The notes beneath the pieces were generated by a model. The model was not told the DNA's origin. It was given only the letters and a program-made list of their open reading frames with translations, and searched no databases. The position numbers and the translations under genes are program-made. From assembly GCF_000143415.4 (NCBI RefSeq), contig NW_003314399.1:1-64000 (forward strand): a DNA stretch of 64,000 nucleotides, written 5' to 3'. The number at the start of each line of letters is the position of its first letter. Within the stretch, counting starts at the first letter, position 1. Positions 61,041-64,000 of the stretch are shown in pieces. The stretch comes from Selaginella moellendorffii (lineage: Eukaryota > Plantae > Lycopodiophyta).

Positions 61041-61331
61041 AGAGTTTGAGTGTGCTGATGGCATAGAATCCTTGTCTAGAAAATCCATAAATGTTGGAAT
61101 AACAGACTTATCAAAAACATGAGAAGAGAGCGAAGAAGAAAGAGGAGCTCGAGAAAGGGCATCATCATCAGCCATAGAACTCTCTAAGCGATGAACAACA
61201 TATAAATAATATATTTAAAGCTTCAAAGCCCACTAAGTAGTACAACCAACCAAGTTCTTTAACTTTAATAATGAGGTAATGGCAGCATGATCACCTTCCA
61301 GTAACGTCTCAGAACCATGTAAATATGCAGT

Positions 61332-64000
61332 CCCATAGACAAGGGAGAATGGGGTCGCAAAGATGGATGTCTTGAAGGATGTCCAAAAGGCCCACAACGC
61401 TGTAACCAAGTGCTCGTGCCAACGCCTTAGGTGATCCTCCACAAGCTTTGAGATGACTGTCTTCAATATCTTGTTGCTGGACTCCGCCTAGCCATTGCAC
61501 TCAGGATAATAGCTGCTGCTCTTCACATGCTTGACCTGCAACTGCTGGAGAAGACGCTGCATCACATATCCAAGGAAGCCGCTGCCACGATCAGAAACCA
61601 AAACTGCGAGAACTCCGAATCGGCAAATTATGTACTCGTAGACAAACTTTGCTGTAGACTGTTGATCTGCTTGTCGCAAAGGGGTGGCCTCGACCCATTT
61701 TGTGAAATAGTCCGTCGCCACGATGATGTATCGCTGTCCTTTTGAGCTTGGTGGGTTGATCGGGCCAACGAAGTCAAGTCCCCACTGGAAAAAGGGACCC
61801 GGAGAAGTGATGATCTGGAAAGGAAGACATGGAACATGGCTCTGGGGGTTGAACCGTTGGCACTGCTCACATGACTTTGCATAGGCCAAGCTGTCTTGGT
61901 GAATCCGAGGCCAAAAGTAGCCATGACGCAAGAGAAGCTGTGCTGTAACCTGTCCCGAGAAATGCCCCGCACAAGAGTGGAAAGCGCGAAGGAGCTCAGG
62001 GACCTCGTGTTCCCCCACACACCGCAACAAAACTTCCTGAGAAGTCCTCCTGTAAAGGTGTTCATCAAGAAGGCAAAACCCCCGTGCTCGGATCTCCAAT
62101 GCCTTTTGTTGTACTGGTGAGGAATCTGCTGGGAACTGACCTGAATCCAGGTACACCACAACATCCTGTAATGCTGCTGGGACCACAAAGGAGGTAGCTT
62201 CAGCAACCAGGAACTCGCTTGGATCCATCACACGCTTCCGCCGCATGTGAAAAGTTGGTTGGAACTCTTGGATGGTCACAATCCAAGATAAAGTACGAGG
62301 ACTATGAACCGGTCGCTGTAAAAGAAAGGTCAGCACATTAAAATAGACATGGAAATGGATACGGGCTCCAGCGAGAAAGTGACGGAATCGCTCCAAGGTG
62401 TAAACAACAGCCACTGCTTCTTTTTCCGCATCCACATATTTCTTTTCAGTCTCCTTGAACGAATGTGAGGCATAATATGTTGCATGTGGTGGCTTGCCAG
62501 GCTGTGAACATTGGCAAAGGCATACTCGAAAAGCCTCTGTACCCATTGTGATGTAAATGTCAAAAGGAAGTTGTCGTTCTGGTGGTTGGAGTACCGGGGC
62601 TATGCGGAGTGACTGCTGTAGTGATTCAAAGGCTTGTTGTTGGGACTCACCCCAGATAAATGGAACACTGTGTTGTAGCAAAGCTACCAGAGGCCGTGAA
62701 TGTGCAGCATAGTTGTGGATGAAACGGCGAAAGAAACCCGTTTGCCCAAGGAAACTGCGAAGCTGCTTCAAGTTGGTTGGTGGGTTCCAATCCAGAATCT
62801 CCTGAGCCTTGGCTACCTGGGGTTTGATCCCATCCTGAGAGACGTCAAAGCCCAGTAACCGGCCTTCGGTTACCCCGAATTTACACTTTGCCGGGTTCAA
62901 TGAAAACCTGTGGTGTCGGCAGCGAGTGAAAACCTGTTCCAAGTGCATAAGATGATCCTCAAAGGAGTCCAAGGTCATGCACAGATCATCCATATACACC
63001 CTCAAGGTGCCTCCAATCAAGTCGTGAAAGGTGTGGGTCATAAAGTGCTGAAAAGTAGCTCCGGCGTTACACAAGCCGAATGGGAGGACATTGAAAGCAA
63101 AGACGCCCCAAGGTGTCCGGAAGGCCGTAAGATCTCGATGATCTGGATGAATGAAGATCTGGTTGTACCCTGAAAAGCCATCCATGAAAGAGTAGTACCG
63201 GTGGCCAGCCATCTCATCCACAATCGCATCGATAAACGGAGTTGGAAAGTGATTTTTAGCAGTTGCCTTGTTCAAGTCTCGAAAATCAATGTAGAGGCAG
63301 AGTTTTCCATTTGCCTTGCGTGCAGGGACGAGATTGGCCACCCACTCTGAGCTCTCCAAAGGGTAAATAAAGCCGGCTGCCAGAAGTCGCTCGATCTCCA
63401 ACTTCATCTCTGAGTGAGCTGCCGGGCTGAAACGCCGCATTTTTTGACGGACTGGTTTGGCTGACTCTGAAAGCATGATATTGTGCATGATTGTGTCCAT
63501 GGGAACTCCTGGGAGCTGGCTGTAGTCCCAAGCAAACACGTCCTTGAAACAGTGAAGGAGATCCAAGAGCTTTGCTGCGTTTGTTGAAGCAAGCGATGTG
63601 GCAATAAAGACCGGGTCCTTGTCATCACCTAGAAAAACGCCATGAACCCTGGAGTCTGGAGAAACCTTGGTTTCAGGAGGCTCTATCTTTAATTCTTCCC
63701 TGACCCTGGAAACCGAAGAGCAGGGAGTGCCTTTAGCTTCTCGCATCGTGGTGATTGCTTGGTGTGATAACCTGTCTGCCCAAAAGTTTTCTTCACGGGG
63801 GACACTTTGAAAAGACACCTCAGAGAACTCATCCTTCAGGTTGACCGCCCGCTGCCATAGCTCTTTCAGGTTCTCTTTGCAGACTTGGTATTCTCCAGTA
63901 AGTTGGCGTATGATGAGTTGTGCATCTCCAATGAAAGTGACTCGCCTAAACTTGAGGTTTGTGGCCAGCTTCATGGCACTGATGGCCGCCAAGTACTCTG
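61332..64000 (-). mobile_element. Ty3/gypsy Tat (TatI-like) pol: archaeal-type RNase H, RT, degenerate RH, integrase; one in-frame stop at 61488
   Basis: aRH (GDAQLIIRQLTGEY...VPREENFWADRLS), RT (MDGFSGYNQI, LPFGLCNAGATF, VYMDD), integrase (GHF, YFWP, CEQC, WGLDFVGP, DYFTKW, SDRG). Reading continues past the stop to PFSLVYG. Confidence 0.95.

Overview
Eukaryotic plant nuclear DNA. The 50-90 bp introns, very short intergenic gaps and TatI-type retrotransposon are most consistent with a lycophyte such as Selaginella (inference). A gene-dense core (14-46 kb) lies between two blocks of nested, decayed transposons (1-14 kb and 46-64 kb). Core genes: F-box protein, CHASE-domain cytokinin receptor kinase, nuclear mitochondrial RPS11, auxilin-like J protein, PRP3, two peroxisomal acyl-activating enzymes (AAE), MPP-alpha, a small FRG1-like protein, LETM1, VPS55, FatA-type acyl-ACP thioesterase and an OVATE protein. 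Main structural observations: (1) an inverted copy of a four-gene unit (AAE, MPP-alpha, FRG1-like, LETM1) appears nested inside the other copy. Gene loss was reciprocal, so only AAE survives twice, and the two AAEs differ near the predicted acyl pocket. (2) A ~6.7 kb inversion (54627-61331) whose reversal rejoins a Tat integrase at the codon and restores RH-INT order in a second element. (3) A MuDR-like two-gene transposon end with SWIM and Cys/His proteins. Exon boundaries and alignments were read by eye and are approximate.
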